Source of the DNA: an uncultured Gemmatimonadales bacterium | GTDB taxonomy: Bacteria; Gemmatimonadota; Gemmatimonadetes; Longimicrobiales; RSA9 | DNA length: 64,000 nucleotides | Assembly: GCA_963708135.1 (NCBI GenBank) | Contig: OY970192.1 | Location: forward strand, 3,648,001-3,712,000 | Direction of reading: 5' to 3' | Notes under the pieces: generated by a model | Databases searched by the model: none | Seen by the model: only the letters and a program-made list of their open reading frames with translations | What the model was told of the DNA's origin: nothing | Translations under genes and position numbers: made by a program | Shown here: positions 8,651 through 19,357 of the stretch, one piece after another | Layout of the letters: the number at the start of each line of letters is the position of its first letter | How positions within the stretch are numbered: position 1 is the first letter of the stretch

Positions 8651-9859
8651 TCACTCCTCGACCTGTGAGCGAGCCCAGCGGCCGAGATCGTCCAGTGGGA
8701 CCGGAGTGCCCGCGCCGATCGCGTCCGCGAGTTCGTTCGAGCGAACGGCCGAAAGGCATCGCTTCCCGCCTACGCCGTACATCCCGTCGAGGTCGCGGAC
8801 ATACTCCCCGAGCGCCGCATACGTGTTGGCCAGGAGGTCCGGGCGCTCGCCGACCGCTCGCAGGAAGGCGTTCGCGAGTGTCCGCGGCTGCGAATCGCCA
8901 GCCTCGACGGCGACCATATGGGCGTAGGCGTAGGGTGCCGTGGAGCCGAGCTTTGCGCCCGGAGATACGGTCGCGACCAGGTGCAGGAGGTGCTCAACGA
9001 CACGTCCGGCCAGCCCCCGGTCGGCGGCCTCCCAGTCCTTCCGGTCCACGCCTTCCAGGTTGGAGACGAGCAGCGGTAGGTCGATCACCGCATAGCCGTA
9101 GTAAAGGCCGCTGGTCAGCTCCGTCGTCCCGATGTGGCCACTGCCGAGTTCCTCTCCACTGCTCTGCACGAGATCGTCAACCGCGGAGAAGTAGTCGTCC
9201 TCGAACTCCCCACGATGCACGGTGAAGGCGTGGGCGACGTGGACCGCAGCGTCACCCCGGGCCAGGCGGTCGCTCGTCACCATCCGCCCGAACATCGCTG
9301 CGTCGAGCCCAGCTGCCAGTCCCAACGCCTTCAGGTTTCCCTTGCCTTCCTTTCCCCAGCGGGCCTTAATCACGCCGGCGACGTCCTTGGTGGCTGCTAC
9401 GTCGGCGCAGATGGCGCGTGCCTCGCTGAGCAGGTAGTCGACCTCAGGGCGCCCAAGAACCGTCACCTGTCCCGTCTTGAGCTGGGGCGTCTCATTGCCG
9501 TCGTCCGTATCCTTCGCGCTCCGCTCCTTCTTGGCCTTGGCGCTTTCGCCGAGCACCGCCACCATGAGTGCCTGGACCACCGTGCGTGCAAGCTCCGGGT
9601 TGACACTTTCCTCGAGCAGCGGCTGGACGACGAAGCGCTCGAAGGTGAGTCGGGAGCGGATCGACTCGGGCAGGTCCAGCTCGGCCAGGGACCATGCGCC
9701 GTCGAAGGTCCGCCAGTGCCGCTTGAGGCACTGTGAGGAGATCCGGGTCCGTGGTTCCCCGCCGAACGTAATGCGCTTCGCGAAGCCTGCGTCATCCCGG
9801 TTCAGGAGGGCGGCCGGATACGCGGTGAGCCAGTGGATCTGAATGAATTTCGAGGGCAT
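8651..9859 (-). CDS. cas7: Cas7 (Cse4/CasC)
   Basis: FIQIHWLTAYPAALLNRDDAGFAK; RISSQCLKRHWR; AMFGRM; VAHAFTVH; DYFSAVDDL. Confidence 0.96.
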   Translation of the reverse strand: MPSKFIQIHWLTAYPAALLNRDDAGFAKRITFGGEPRTRISSQCLKRHWRTFDGAWSLAELDLPESIRSRLTFERFVVQPLLEESVNPELARTVVQALMVAVLGESAKAKKERSAKDTDDGNETPQLKTGQVTVLGRPEVDYLLSEARAICADVAATKDVAGVIKARWGKEGKGNLKALGLAAGLDAAMFGRMVTSDRLARGDAAVHVAHAFTVHRGEFEDDYFSAVDDLVQSSGEELGSGHIGTTELTSGLYYGYAVIDLPLLVSNLEGVDRKDWEAADRGLAGRVVEHLLHLVATVSPGAKLGSTAPYAYAHMVAVEAGDSQPRTLANAFLRAVGERPDLLANTYAALGEYVRDLDGMYGVGGKRCLSAVRSNELADAIGAGTPVPLDDLGRWARSQVEE

Positions 9860-9866
9860 GATCTCC

Positions 9867-10433
9867 TCAGGGCTTGGGGGCGGCGTTGTAATAGGAGCGT
9901 GCGACGCGACGGCGGAGCCGCTCGCCCCAGTCGCGGCCGTCGCTCAGGACGAGATCTGCGAGGTCGGCGAGATTGGCCGGCTCTGCCTTGGACGCGAGGT
10001 AGTGCGCCGTTTTCCGAACCGTATCGGCGAGCCCGTCATCCGTCGCTCGGAGCAGGCGGACAAACCGAAGCTCCGAGAAGCCGGCGCTTGCCAGCGCACC
10101 GCCGAGCGGCCGGCGAGGCGAGTCCAGCGCGGAAAGCCGCGCAATCGCGTTCAGGATGACTGCCCAGTGCTGCTCAGCCTGATCCAGCGCCACCCCGCCC
10201 CCCGGAAACTGCCACCGCGGCGCGACATACTCTGCGACCACTTTCCAGAAGGCAGGGGACGCCGGGTCTCCGGATGTCAGCCGGCGAAGATCGGCGGCGG
10301 CGCCGGGCGGAATCGCGCCTGAGGCGATCGCGGCAGCGATCCGGTGCACGATACTGGAAACAGCGTGTTCCGAGGCGCCCGGGGAGCCGTCTCCGGGCAC
10401 AAGGGTCGGCTCAAGGAGTGGGTTCGAGCTCAT
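9867..10433 (-). CDS. cse2: Cas11 (Cse2/CasB) small subunit
   Basis: 188-aa helical protein between cas8e and cas7; ADLRRL, SELRFVRLLRA, RRRVARSYY; start MSSNP after AAAGGAG. Confidence 0.88.
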   Translation of the reverse strand: MSSNPLLEPTLVPGDGSPGASEHAVSSIVHRIAAAIASGAIPPGAAADLRRLTSGDPASPAFWKVVAEYVAPRWQFPGGGVALDQAEQHWAVILNAIARLSALDSPRRPLGGALASAGFSELRFVRLLRATDDGLADTVRKTAHYLASKAEPANLADLADLVLSDGRDWGERLRRRVARSYYNAAPKP

Positions 10434-11961
10434 CCGTGCTCCTTTCGTAGAGCTGGGGGAAGTTCTTTCGGAACCCGCCGCCGAATACGCGCTCCGCGGC
10501 CGCGACGGCCCGGTAGTGGCGGGTGCTCGGGACAGGGGCGGACTCGATGGCGTCATCGAGCCGAGCGCGGGCCAGCGTGCGGAGCTCCTCCCCCCAGCGC
10601 CGCTCGGCCTCGACCGGAGGTAGATCCACATCTTCCCAAAGCCGGCTGAAGAACACCCGGTCCACGTCGGCGTCGAATCGCTCACGCCAGCGCTGCGTAC
10701 GACTGTCGCGGAAGTCGGCCTTCTCCGGCCCGGCCTGGAGCAAAACGCAGAGCGCCGGGTGCAGGATCTTCCGATCGGCGATCGCCACCTGCTCCATGCG
10801 CCGCTGCGCCAGCTCGGCGAGCGCTTGACGCTCACCGGGCCGCCCGAGCCGATAGCGAACGTGTTTCGGGATCGGCACCTCGCGCTGGTGGAGGCCCTCC
10901 GTCTTGCCCTGGCCACGCGCCATCGCCTGCGCGACCAGCACCAGGGTGTCAGCATCGTCCGGCCGCACGGTCCCGGCGGCGCCGGGGTGGAAGTCGCCAC
11001 TGAAGAGCAGCTGGGTGAGCCGGCGGTACGTGAATCCGCCTGAGTCGAGCGTCAGTGCCGCACCGTCCTTGTCCTTGACCGGCGTCCACGGATCACCAGT
11101 GTCGCCGTTGTCGACCGCGGCCGCCAGCCGCTTAGCCTTCGACGGCGCCGTTCTCGCCACCAGCTGACCGCCGCGGTCTTCCATCCGCACACGCCGGCAG
11201 ACCTCGATGAAGAACGGATCGCACTTCTGGATCGGGAAGCTCCGGCCACCGTCCCAGGGCTCCAGCCACAGCAGGCCCAGTCCCCCGGTCTCCGGGTACC
11301 CGTAGCTCCCGGCCACGAGATCGGCGCGGCTGGCGAGCAAAACCCCGACATCGCGCAGGAACCGCGCGCCCCAGTCGGGGGCAGGCGCGAACCCGACGCA
11401 CGGGCGGTTTCCGAAGCCTCCGTTCATCCGGACCACCCCATGGTTGTCGCGTCCTGAATAGCCCTGCATGGTCTGAAGAGTGACGAGTGCGTAGACCCAG
11501 TGTTCGGCGGCTGGTGCGCCGATCCGCGCCGCCTTCACATCGTGGTTCTTGCTGGTGACGAGAATGTCGAGGGCGTCCGGGTAGTCGATCGGCGCCTTGA
11601 AACCATTCAGGCTCCCCTCGGGAACGGGCGGCTGCATGAAAGCGGGCTGGGCGAGATCCTCGACCAGAAGACACCAGGCCTCCGACCGCTCACCGGCCAG
11701 GGCGCGGAGCCGCTCCGCCCAGATGCGTTCGGTGCCGACCGGGTCGTCGGCGCCTGCTTGAAAGAGCGCGAGTCCCGCCAGCTGAACGAGGAAGGCGTGC
11801 CACGCGTGGGCCTGGTGAGGCTGGAGGGCCAGGAAAGCGGCAACGTCCTCCGTGCCAAGTCCGGCCAACGCGCCCGGTAAGCTGACCGTTCGCTCGCAAC
11901 CGTCTGATGAACGGATCCGCAACAGGGGTTCGGTGAGCAGGTTCTCTCGGACCTCAGCCAT
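10411..11961 (-). CDS. cas8e: Cas8e (Cse1/CasA) large subunit
   Basis: NLLTEPLL N-terminus; HQAHAWHAFLVQL; FMQPP; LVTLQTMQGY; FIEVCRRVR; position after cas3; GAGGAG RBS. Confidence 0.9.
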   Translation of the reverse strand: MAEVRENLLTEPLLRIRSSDGCERTVSLPGALAGLGTEDVAAFLALQPHQAHAWHAFLVQLAGLALFQAGADDPVGTERIWAERLRALAGERSEAWCLLVEDLAQPAFMQPPVPEGSLNGFKAPIDYPDALDILVTSKNHDVKAARIGAPAAEHWVYALVTLQTMQGYSGRDNHGVVRMNGGFGNRPCVGFAPAPDWGARFLRDVGVLLASRADLVAGSYGYPETGGLGLLWLEPWDGGRSFPIQKCDPFFIEVCRRVRMEDRGGQLVARTAPSKAKRLAAAVDNGDTGDPWTPVKDKDGAALTLDSGGFTYRRLTQLLFSGDFHPGAAGTVRPDDADTLVLVAQAMARGQGKTEGLHQREVPIPKHVRYRLGRPGERQALAELAQRRMEQVAIADRKILHPALCVLLQAGPEKADFRDSRTQRWRERFDADVDRVFFSRLWEDVDLPPVEAERRWGEELRTLARARLDDAIESAPVPSTRHYRAVAAAERVFGGGFRKNFPQLYERSTDELEPTP

Positions 11962-14614
11962 CGCTCTCCTCGTAGTTTGGACCCGGGTCGCGTTCGGGTC
12001 GTAGCCCGAGCCGATCATAGCGGTAGCGCCGATCGCCGAAGCGGAACGCGCACCATGCCGGCCCGACCTCGACCTCGGTCGGGCCAGCATCGGGATCGGC
12101 ATGCCTCGCCAGGTGGTGTGGAATCGTCAGGCGCCGCACGAACCGCCCGAACGGCCCCAACCACGGCTCCTCGAACTCCGCGATCCGGTCGTCCGCGCCA
12201 AGGCGCGTCGCCACGCGCTCATCGTCGGGAGGGAAGCGCGTCGCCGGGAACGGAATGTCCCAGTCGACGACGTGGCGGCCCGCAATGCGCACGTGCGCGA
12301 GCAGCGACCCGACGATCCACTGGCCGTGGCTCCCCCAGGCCCCACCGAGCTCCTCGGCGATGCTCTCCAGAACCATGGGGTGCGTGGCGCCTTCCACCAG
12401 CTCTCGGCTCAACCGAGGCAGTTCAACTACTTCGTGTCGCTCGAGCTGCCTCCACGTGCTTTCCAGGACCCGCAGATCCGGATAGACAGTTCCCAGCCCA
12501 TGCGGCCCGCGAGCTTCGCCGTTATCGCGGATGTAGCGGACCAGGTCGCGCCCCATCGGGACGAGCACGACCGCGTGCGGAACCTCGAATCCAGCCGGCC
12601 GCGGACGCACGTGGCGATGAAGCCGCCCGAAGCGCTGAAGGAGGACGTCGGCCGGGCACAGGTCGGTGAGCATGAGATCGGCGTCGATGTCCAGACTCTG
12701 CTGGACCGTCTGTGTCGCGATGGCCACGCAGCCGGCGGCGGGGGCCGTCTCTCCGAACCGAGCCTCGATCGCGGCATCCAGTGCCTCACGATCCTCCTTC
12801 GCATAGCGCGAGTGGTGCGGCGCGGGCACCTCTCCGCAACCAAAAAGGAGATCGGCCCGCCCTGGATTGGGTCCGGCGAGGACCGCCTCAACCGCCTGCT
12901 GCGTCGCTACGCAGTCGCCGACCGTGTTCCGGATTACCAGGACGCGCGCCCCGAGCACAGCCGCGCGGACTGCCAGCTCCGCGACCGCCGGAGCGTCCGC
13001 GGCGACCGGCTCGCAGTCTACATGGACGAGTCTAGCAGCCCCCTGTGACAGCGGGACGAGGCGCGGCTCCGAGGCAGGCGCCCCGACATGGGTGATGAGC
13101 GGATACGGAACGGCGACAGCTTCTGTCAGGTTGGGCACCCGCGACCGCTGCCCGGGCGCAGTCAGGCGGGTCCGCGCTGCGGAGCCCAGGGTGGCGGACA
13201 TGAGCAGCACGTGGCCACCCGCCTCGAGCTGGCGGGCGACGACCGCTTCGAGGATCCGGGTCATGTACGCATCGGAGGCGTGGACCTCGTCGACCACCAC
13301 GAGATGGCGCGAGAGGGCCGCGGCACGGAGATGCGAATGCGAGACGGCGAGGGCGGAGAGGAGAACCTGGTCGATCGTGCCGACGACAACCGAACCGGCA
13401 AGGAACCGCTTCGGGCTTTCCGCGGCCCAGCCGCGGTAGCGCCAGCGGGCTGAATCATCATCGGCCCAAAGGACCTTGAACGGCGCGAGACGCTTCCCCT
13501 CGACATCGTCCACGGCGAGGTATCCAGGCACGGCGAGGACGACCGGCGGCCGGGCCTCCGCCGGAAAGGCGCGGGCAACGGCTTGTCTCACGCGTCCGTG
13601 GATCTGAGTGGCTGCGGTCCGGGTTGGCAGGGCGAAGTAGAGGCCGTCGACCTGCCCGGCGTGAAAGAGCCGGAGGAAATGGGCGAGGGCCGCCTCGGTC
13701 TTCCCGGCGCCGGTCTCCGCCTCGAGGACGGTCATGCTGCCGGCGGTCTCCACCGGCAGCTCGAGCATGCGGCTCTGGAGCTCCCGCGGCGGGCTGGCGG
13801 AAATCGCCGAGAAGTCTGGTGGCTGGGGCCCAAGTGCCCGCCGCGCCATTGCCGCCGCGAGGCCGAGCTCGGTCAAGGCCTGGTTGGATCGGGCGGTCGC
13901 CCAGAGGAAGCGGTCGGGGCCGCCCGGCTGCGAGAACGGGAAGATCCGGTCATCCGATGCGATCCAGTCCGCCAGCGTGAGCAAACCGTTGAACCCGTGC
14001 TGGAAGCGAGGTGACGTATCAAGGGGCGCCGCATTCCGAAAGGCCTCCGGGAACCACCGCTCCGCGCTCCGCCGCAGCTCGGCAGCGCCTTCGAACGGAT
14101 CGAGCCCGCCGGCCGGCTGCCAGAGACGCGGGTCGTAGCGCGCCTGCGGCTGGACGGGGCGGCCATGGTGCGAGAACAAGGTGAGGAGAAGCTCAAACAA
14201 CTGGTCCTCACTCCCCACCCAGAGCATAAGAGGCTCGAGATCCATGGCAGCGGCCAACCGCCCCCCTTCAGGCCCCGGTCCGTCGAACACGTCGAGTATC
14301 GGCCCGACGTGGCCGGCGACGAAGGGCGGCTTCGCCATCCGCTTGTTCTGGAAGCCGACGTTAACCTTCCCCACATCGTGGAGGGCCGAAAGGAATGCGA
14401 GTCGATCCCGCTGAACCGGGTTCAGATCAGGAAGCCCGGCAAGCGCCGCGAGCCAGCGCCGGAGAACCGGCTGCTCCAGCAAAGCCCGACACGTCGCCGC
14501 CACGTCGGCGCAGTGGTCGATGAGCGGATGCCACGCGGGCGCTGCGCCCTCCGGAGGGTCGCGCTCGAGTTTGCCCCAGAAGGTGGTGACCGGCGATTTC
14601 ATGCGGACTGGCAC
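11954..14614 (-). CDS. cas3: Cas3 HD nuclease/SF2 helicase
   Basis: HPLIDH...ALHDVGK (HD), ADWIAS, AETGAGKT (Walker A), DEVH, MSAT, QRFGRLHRH. Start may be 14602. Confidence 0.97.
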   Translation of the reverse strand: MPVRMKSPVTTFWGKLERDPPEGAAPAWHPLIDHCADVAATCRALLEQPVLRRWLAALAGLPDLNPVQRDRLAFLSALHDVGKVNVGFQNKRMAKPPFVAGHVGPILDVFDGPGPEGGRLAAAMDLEPLMLWVGSEDQLFELLLTLFSHHGRPVQPQARYDPRLWQPAGGLDPFEGAAELRRSAERWFPEAFRNAAPLDTSPRFQHGFNGLLTLADWIASDDRIFPFSQPGGPDRFLWATARSNQALTELGLAAAMARRALGPQPPDFSAISASPPRELQSRMLELPVETAGSMTVLEAETGAGKTEAALAHFLRLFHAGQVDGLYFALPTRTAATQIHGRVRQAVARAFPAEARPPVVLAVPGYLAVDDVEGKRLAPFKVLWADDDSARWRYRGWAAESPKRFLAGSVVVGTIDQVLLSALAVSHSHLRAAALSRHLVVVDEVHASDAYMTRILEAVVARQLEAGGHVLLMSATLGSAARTRLTAPGQRSRVPNLTEAVAVPYPLITHVGAPASEPRLVPLSQGAARLVHVDCEPVAADAPAVAELAVRAAVLGARVLVIRNTVGDCVATQQAVEAVLAGPNPGRADLLFGCGEVPAPHHSRYAKEDREALDAAIEARFGETAPAAGCVAIATQTVQQSLDIDADLMLTDLCPADVLLQRFGRLHRHVRPRPAGFEVPHAVVLVPMGRDLVRYIRDNGEARGPHGLGTVYPDLRVLESTWRQLERHEVVELPRLSRELVEGATHPMVLESIAEELGGAWGSHGQWIVGSLLAHVRIAGRHVVDWDIPFPATRFPPDDERVATRLGADDRIAEFEEPWLGPFGRFVRRLTIPHHLARHADPDAGPTEVEVGPAWCAFRFGDRRYRYDRLGLRPERDPGPNYEESDG

Positions 14615-15385
14615 CCCCGGCTTCGCGGTTCTGAGGTGGGAAACGCATGCGGGGCCATGGAGCGTGAGCAGGTACCGACGCGATCGATGGCGGGCAGGAG
14701 CAGCGCCTTCTTGGTGGGCCAGCCGAGGGCACGTACGGACTTTCGGGCGCCGGGCGGAAATCGGCCATAGAAGGCCACGTCAAGGCACGAATGTCTGCGA
14801 GAGCAGGTCTCCACAGTATAGTCTGAGTGCCACCAAATCCGACCTAGCAGTGATAGCTCTGGGTCAAGTTTGCGCGGCCCTGTTCCGAAGTCAAGCCGCA
14901 TGGGATAGCTGCGGGACTCGGAGCCCAACCCTCGAACGCTTGGCGAGCGGCGATTGTTTGCGTCGCGGGGCGGGAAATCGTGGCCGGACTCTCCGATTGC
15001 ACCGGCTATTCCGGCGAGTCATGCCATTCTAGATCGGCACGGCGCGCCTCCGCCTGGCCCGAACGCCCTCCGTGTGCACCGTGTGCTTCGTGCACTCCGT
15101 GGTGAGATTCCCGTTCCCTGCCCCTGCCCCTCTCCCCACGAAGCGGTGATCCGTCGGTCTCCACGTCGGACGCCGAGACGCTTTGCCCCACCCCGCCCCC
15201 GACCTTTGCCTCAAAACGCGCCATCGCCGGACGAAACTCCCCGTCACTACGCGCTTTTCGCTCGGGTATGACTCGTGCCTACCGCCGTGTCCCGGGAAAG
15301 GTGGGTGCGGAGGGGGCGACGGGATGCGCCGGGGGCGGGGCTTCGGGCCGCCGCCGCGCGCGCCGCGAGAGAGGCAGGAGCGAGC

Positions 15386-15793
15386 ATGACCGAGCAGATC
15401 AGGGTTCTCGTGATCGATGACGACGACGACTTCAGGGCGTCGGTGCAGGCGCTGCTGGAGCTGGATGGCTACGAGGTTCGGACGGCCTCGTCGGGCGCGG
15501 AGGGGCTGCGTCAGCTGAAGGAGGCGGCGCCGGACCTCGTGATCCTCGACGTGATGATGGAGAGCGCGACGGAGGGCTACGCGGTCAACCAGGCGATCAA
15601 ATGGGGAGCCGAGTCCGGTCGCGAGCTTCCGATCATCATGATCTCCTCGATCGAGGCGAGCCCGGACGAGCTGTTCCCGCGCTCGGAGGAGGTGGGCGCG
15701 ATCCGGCCGGACTTCTACCTCACCAAGCCGCTGGACATTCCCCGATTCCGGCAGGTGGTTCGGAGCGCGGTGTCGCGCGTGGCTCGCGCGTAG
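15386..15793 (+). CDS. Stand-alone receiver-domain response regulator
   Basis: VLVIDDD; LVILDVMM; IIMISS; YLTKP. Confidence 0.88.
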   Translation: MTEQIRVLVIDDDDDFRASVQALLELDGYEVRTASSGAEGLRQLKEAAPDLVILDVMMESATEGYAVNQAIKWGAESGRELPIIMISSIEASPDELFPRSEEVGAIRPDFYLTKPLDIPRFRQVVRSAVSRVARA

Positions 15794-15855
15794 GCGGGCG
15801 GGTCGAACCGGGGGCGGGGGCGGGGACGCGCCAACATTGGGGAGCTTGCAGCGAG

Positions 15856-17013
15856 ATGAGCGAGGAACGCGGGCCGAGCGGGCCGGAGCGGGTGGTCGTC
15901 GTGGATGACGACCCGACCATGAGGCTCTCGTGCCGTCAGATCCTGGAGCGCATGGGCTTCGAGGTCGAGGTCTTCGAGGACGGCGCGCGCGGGCTGGAGG
16001 GCGCGGCCAGGCTGAAGCCGTGGCTGGTGGTGGTGGATCTGAAGATGCCGGGGATCGACGGCACGGAGGTCGTGGCGCGGGTCCACGAGATGGATCCCGA
16101 GACGATCATCGTCGTGATCACCGGCTACGCCACGATCGGCACGGCCGTAGAGGCGATGAAGTGCGGGGCGTACGACTTCCTGCCGAAGCCGTTTGCCCCC
16201 GCGGAGCTGCGCGTGATCGTCGATCGCGGCCTCGAGCGCTGGCGGCTCATGCGGGAGTCGCGGCAGGCGCGGCTGGAGCGCGAGCTGCTGCGACGTCGCT
16301 TCGTCACCTTCGTCTCCCACCAGCTGCGCTCTCCACTGGGCGCGGTGCACCAGTACCTCGACGTGCTGCGGCACCTCGGTCCCGACGTCGAGGCGGAGAA
16401 GCGGGCGGAGTGGCTGGAGCGCTGCCTGCGCCGGACCGAGGAGCTGCAGACGCTCATCTCCGACTGGCTGATGCTGGCCGAGCTGGAGGGCGAGGAGCTG
16501 GCGCGCCGGCGCGAGCCGGTGGACGTGTGCGAGCTGCTCCCCTCGATCCTCGCCATTTACGAGCAGACGGCGGCCGAGGGTGAGCTGACGCTGCGGGCCC
16601 AGGCGCCGCTGGCCGGCTGCCCGGTCCTTGGCGACCGGGCGGCGCTGAACGTCCTCTTCGACAACCTCGTGGTCAACGCGATCAAGTACAACCGCCCGGG
16701 CGGAGACGTCACGGTCGTGGCGGAGGTGCGCGCGGGCGAGGTGGTCGTGGAGGTCAGGGACACGGGCGTGGGCATCCCCGAGCGCTACCGGCCGCTCCTC
16801 TTCGAGGAGTTCTTCCGCGTGCGCGACGGCGCGGCCCCGAAGACGTCCGGTTCGGGGCTCGGGCTGGCGATCTGCCGGCGCATCGCCACAGAGCTGGGTG
16901 GCGCGATCGAAGTCGAGAGCGAGGAAGGCGTGGGCTCCACGTTCCGCGTGCGGCTACCCGCCGCACCGGCCACGGAGGCCCTGGAACCCATAGAGGCGGA
17001 GGCACGAGCGTGA
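15856..17013 (+). CDS. Cytoplasmic hybrid kinase (REC-HisKA-HATPase)
   Basis: VVDDD, DLKMPG, FLPKP; H-box SHQLRSPL; NLVVNAIKY; DTGVG; GSGLGL. Confidence 0.9.
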   Translation: MSEERGPSGPERVVVVDDDPTMRLSCRQILERMGFEVEVFEDGARGLEGAARLKPWLVVVDLKMPGIDGTEVVARVHEMDPETIIVVITGYATIGTAVEAMKCGAYDFLPKPFAPAELRVIVDRGLERWRLMRESRQARLERELLRRRFVTFVSHQLRSPLGAVHQYLDVLRHLGPDVEAEKRAEWLERCLRRTEELQTLISDWLMLAELEGEELARRREPVDVCELLPSILAIYEQTAAEGELTLRAQAPLAGCPVLGDRAALNVLFDNLVVNAIKYNRPGGDVTVVAEVRAGEVVVEVRDTGVGIPERYRPLLFEEFFRVRDGAAPKTSGSGLGLAICRRIATELGGAIEVESEEGVGSTFRVRLPAAPATEALEPIEAEARA

Positions 17014-17441
17014 CGAGCGCGACGGTCCTGATCGTCGATGACGACGAGGACTTCTCCGCGGCGGTGGCCGCGGTGCTGGAGGATGCCGGGTACCGCGTGC
17101 TGGCCGCGCGCGATGGCCGCGAGGGCGTGAGCGTCGCCCTGCGCGAGCGGCCGGACCTGGTGCTGATGGACGTGATCATGGACGAGCGGACGGAGGGCTT
17201 CTTCACGATCCAGGAGCTCAGGCGGCGGCCGGAGCTGGCCGGGCTGCCGATCTTCGTCGTGAGCTCGATCTACAGCGTCGAGCAGGCGTTCCAGGTTGCG
17301 CCGGATGCGGCCTGGCTCGGCCACGACGCCTTCATCCGCAAGCCGATCCAGCCGGCGCTGCTGCTCGAGCGCATCGCCGAGCGGCTCGGCGCACCCGCCC
17401 ACCAGGGAGGGCACGCGCCAGGGCGCGTGGCGGTCCCGTGA
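17010..17441 (+). CDS. Stand-alone receiver-domain response regulator
   Basis: VLIVDDD; VLMDVIM; FIRKP; GTGA overlaps with both neighbours. Confidence 0.88.
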   Translation: MTSATVLIVDDDEDFSAAVAAVLEDAGYRVLAARDGREGVSVALRERPDLVLMDVIMDERTEGFFTIQELRRRPELAGLPIFVVSSIYSVEQAFQVAPDAAWLGHDAFIRKPIQPALLLERIAERLGAPAHQGGHAPGRVAVP

Positions 17442-18469
17442 AGGTGCTGAAGCTGCCCAAGACGCAGCTCGACTTCTTCGCGGCCGTGCTCCAGCAGTTC
17501 GGCGAGGTGCATGCGCCAGTGGAGCGCGGCGGCGGCTTCAGCTTCCAGCGCCTCGAGCGCTGGTCCGACGCCCGCCTCGAGTACACGCGCACGCTGCTGC
17601 CGCCCAAGAAGTACCTGCTGCCGCCCGAGGAGACGCTGTTCCGCTGGGACCGGAACGGCTACACCGCCGAGACGGAGGGGCTGGACCGGCGCATCGTCCT
17701 CTTCGGCGTCCACGCCTGCGACATCTACGGCATGAATATCCTCGGCGACGTGTTCGAGGGCGGCACGCCGGATCCCTACTTCGCCGCCCGCCGCCGGAAC
17801 CTGGCCGTGATCGGCATCGACTGCACGCCGGACGAGCGCTGCTTCTGCCGCTCGATGCGCGCCGACTTCGTGGATCACGGCTTCGACCTGTTCCTCTACG
17901 ACATCGGGGATGCGTACCTCACGCTGGTCGGGACCGCGCTCGGCGACGACATGGTCCTCGCCACGGGCCCGCTCTTCACCGAGCCGAGCCGGCAGGACGT
18001 GGAGGAGTACAAGCGCCGCTCCGGCAGCCGGCGCTCCGAGTACCTGCTGGACGTCCAGATCCAGGACCTGCCGGAGATCTTCGAGATGGAATACGGCAGC
18101 GACATCTGGCAGGAGCTCGGCGAACGCTGCCTGGCGTGCGGCGCGTGCAGCGTCGTGTGCCCCACCTGCTACTGCTTCGATGTGCGCGACTCGGCGGAGC
18201 CCGGCTGCGACGCCGGCGAACGCTGCCGCTCGTGGGATTCCTGCCTGTACTCCAGCCACGCCCTCGTTGCGGGCGGGGAGAACTTCCGCGAGGGCCGCGC
18301 CGACCGGATCAAGTTCCGCTTCTACCACAAGCAGCGCGGCTTCGTGGCCGAGTACGGCCGCCCCAGCTGCGTCGGCTGCGGGCGCTGCATCGAGTCCTGC
18401 CCCGTGGGCATCGACATCGTCGAGGTGATCGACCGGCTGAGGAGGGTCCGCGATGCCGCTCCCGTCTAG
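17438..18469 (+). CDS. hydB: Group 3b [NiFe]-hydrogenase (sulfhydrogenase) beta subunit, 4Fe-4S protein
   Basis: PPKKYLLPP; GVHACD; CLACGACSVVCPTCYC; CVGCGRCIESCPVG. Confidence 0.88.
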   Translation: MKVLKLPKTQLDFFAAVLQQFGEVHAPVERGGGFSFQRLERWSDARLEYTRTLLPPKKYLLPPEETLFRWDRNGYTAETEGLDRRIVLFGVHACDIYGMNILGDVFEGGTPDPYFAARRRNLAVIGIDCTPDERCFCRSMRADFVDHGFDLFLYDIGDAYLTLVGTALGDDMVLATGPLFTEPSRQDVEEYKRRSGSRRSEYLLDVQIQDLPEIFEMEYGSDIWQELGERCLACGACSVVCPTCYCFDVRDSAEPGCDAGERCRSWDSCLYSSHALVAGGENFREGRADRIKFRFYHKQRGFVAEYGRPSCVGCGRCIESCPVGIDIVEVIDRLRRVRDAAPV

Positions 18470-19325
18470 CCCCGCCACCCACCCGTTCCTGGAGGCGGCC
18501 AACCCTTACCAGCCGCACCTCGCCCGCATCGTCCGGCTCGAGCGGATGGTCGAGGACAACCACCTCTTCACGCTCCGCTTCGTGAGCGACGAGCTCGCGC
18601 GCGCGTTCCGCCACCGGCCCGGCCAGTTCGTCATGCTCAGCGTGCCGGGCGCCGGCGAGGCGCCGATCTCGATCTCGTCCTCGCCCACCCGGCCTGGCGT
18701 GCTCGAGCTGTGCGTGCGCCGCGTCGGTCGGGTCACGGACGCGCTCTACCGCCTCCGCACCAACGACCTCGTGGGCGTGCGCGGACCGTACGGCAACGGC
18801 TTCCCCGTCGAGACCATGGTCGGCAACGACCTCGTGCTCGCGGCGGGCGGCCTGGGCATGGCGCCGATCCGCTCCCTGCTCTGGTACGCGCTCGACCACC
18901 GCGACCGCTTCGGCATGCTCACCCTCATGTACGGCGCCCGGGAGCCGGGCGGCATGCTGTTCGGCGACGAGCTCGTCTCGCTGCTCGACCGCAGCGACCT
19001 GCGCTGCCTGCTCACCGTGGAGCACGCGGGGAGCGATCCATGGCGCGGCTATCTCGGCCGGCTGCCCGACCTGTTCAACCACGCGGAGATCGATGCGTCC
19101 CGGACGTTCGCCGCCGTGTGTGGCCCGCCCGTGGTCTACCGCCCGGTGCTCGAGCGCCTGCTCGCGCTCGGCTTCTCCAAGGACCGGATCCTCATGTCGC
19201 TGGAGCGGCGGATGAAGTGCGGCATCGGCAAGTGCGGCCACTGCAGCGTGGGCTACAAGTATACGTGCACGAACGGTCCGATCTTCACGTACTGGGACGC
19301 GATCAACCTGCCCGAGATGATCTGA
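18453..19325 (+). CDS. hydG: Group 3b hydrogenase gamma subunit (FAD/NAD(P)-binding, 2Fe-2S)
   Basis: PGQFVML; GEAPISISS; RGPYGNGF; AGGLGMAP; CGPP; LERRMKCGIGKCGHC. Confidence 0.9.
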   Translation: MPLPSSPATHPFLEAANPYQPHLARIVRLERMVEDNHLFTLRFVSDELARAFRHRPGQFVMLSVPGAGEAPISISSSPTRPGVLELCVRRVGRVTDALYRLRTNDLVGVRGPYGNGFPVETMVGNDLVLAAGGLGMAPIRSLLWYALDHRDRFGMLTLMYGAREPGGMLFGDELVSLLDRSDLRCLLTVEHAGSDPWRGYLGRLPDLFNHAEIDASRTFAAVCGPPVVYRPVLERLLALGFSKDRILMSLERRMKCGIGKCGHCSVGYKYTCTNGPIFTYWDAINLPEMI

Positions 19326-19357
19326 GTCCGGCCACCGGGCCGGTGGAGAATAGAGGG

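Noticed and set aside
14615..15385. Small ORFs or an anti-CRISPR/regulator gene upstream of cas3
   Set aside because: No recognisable motifs or convincing RBS; probably a divergent promoter region. A minus-strand TATACT at 14820-14815 lacks a good -35, so it was not called.
17438..19325. Anaerobic sulfite reductase asrAB
   Set aside because: Homologous families, but no asrC is present and NiFe small/large subunits and a protease follow.
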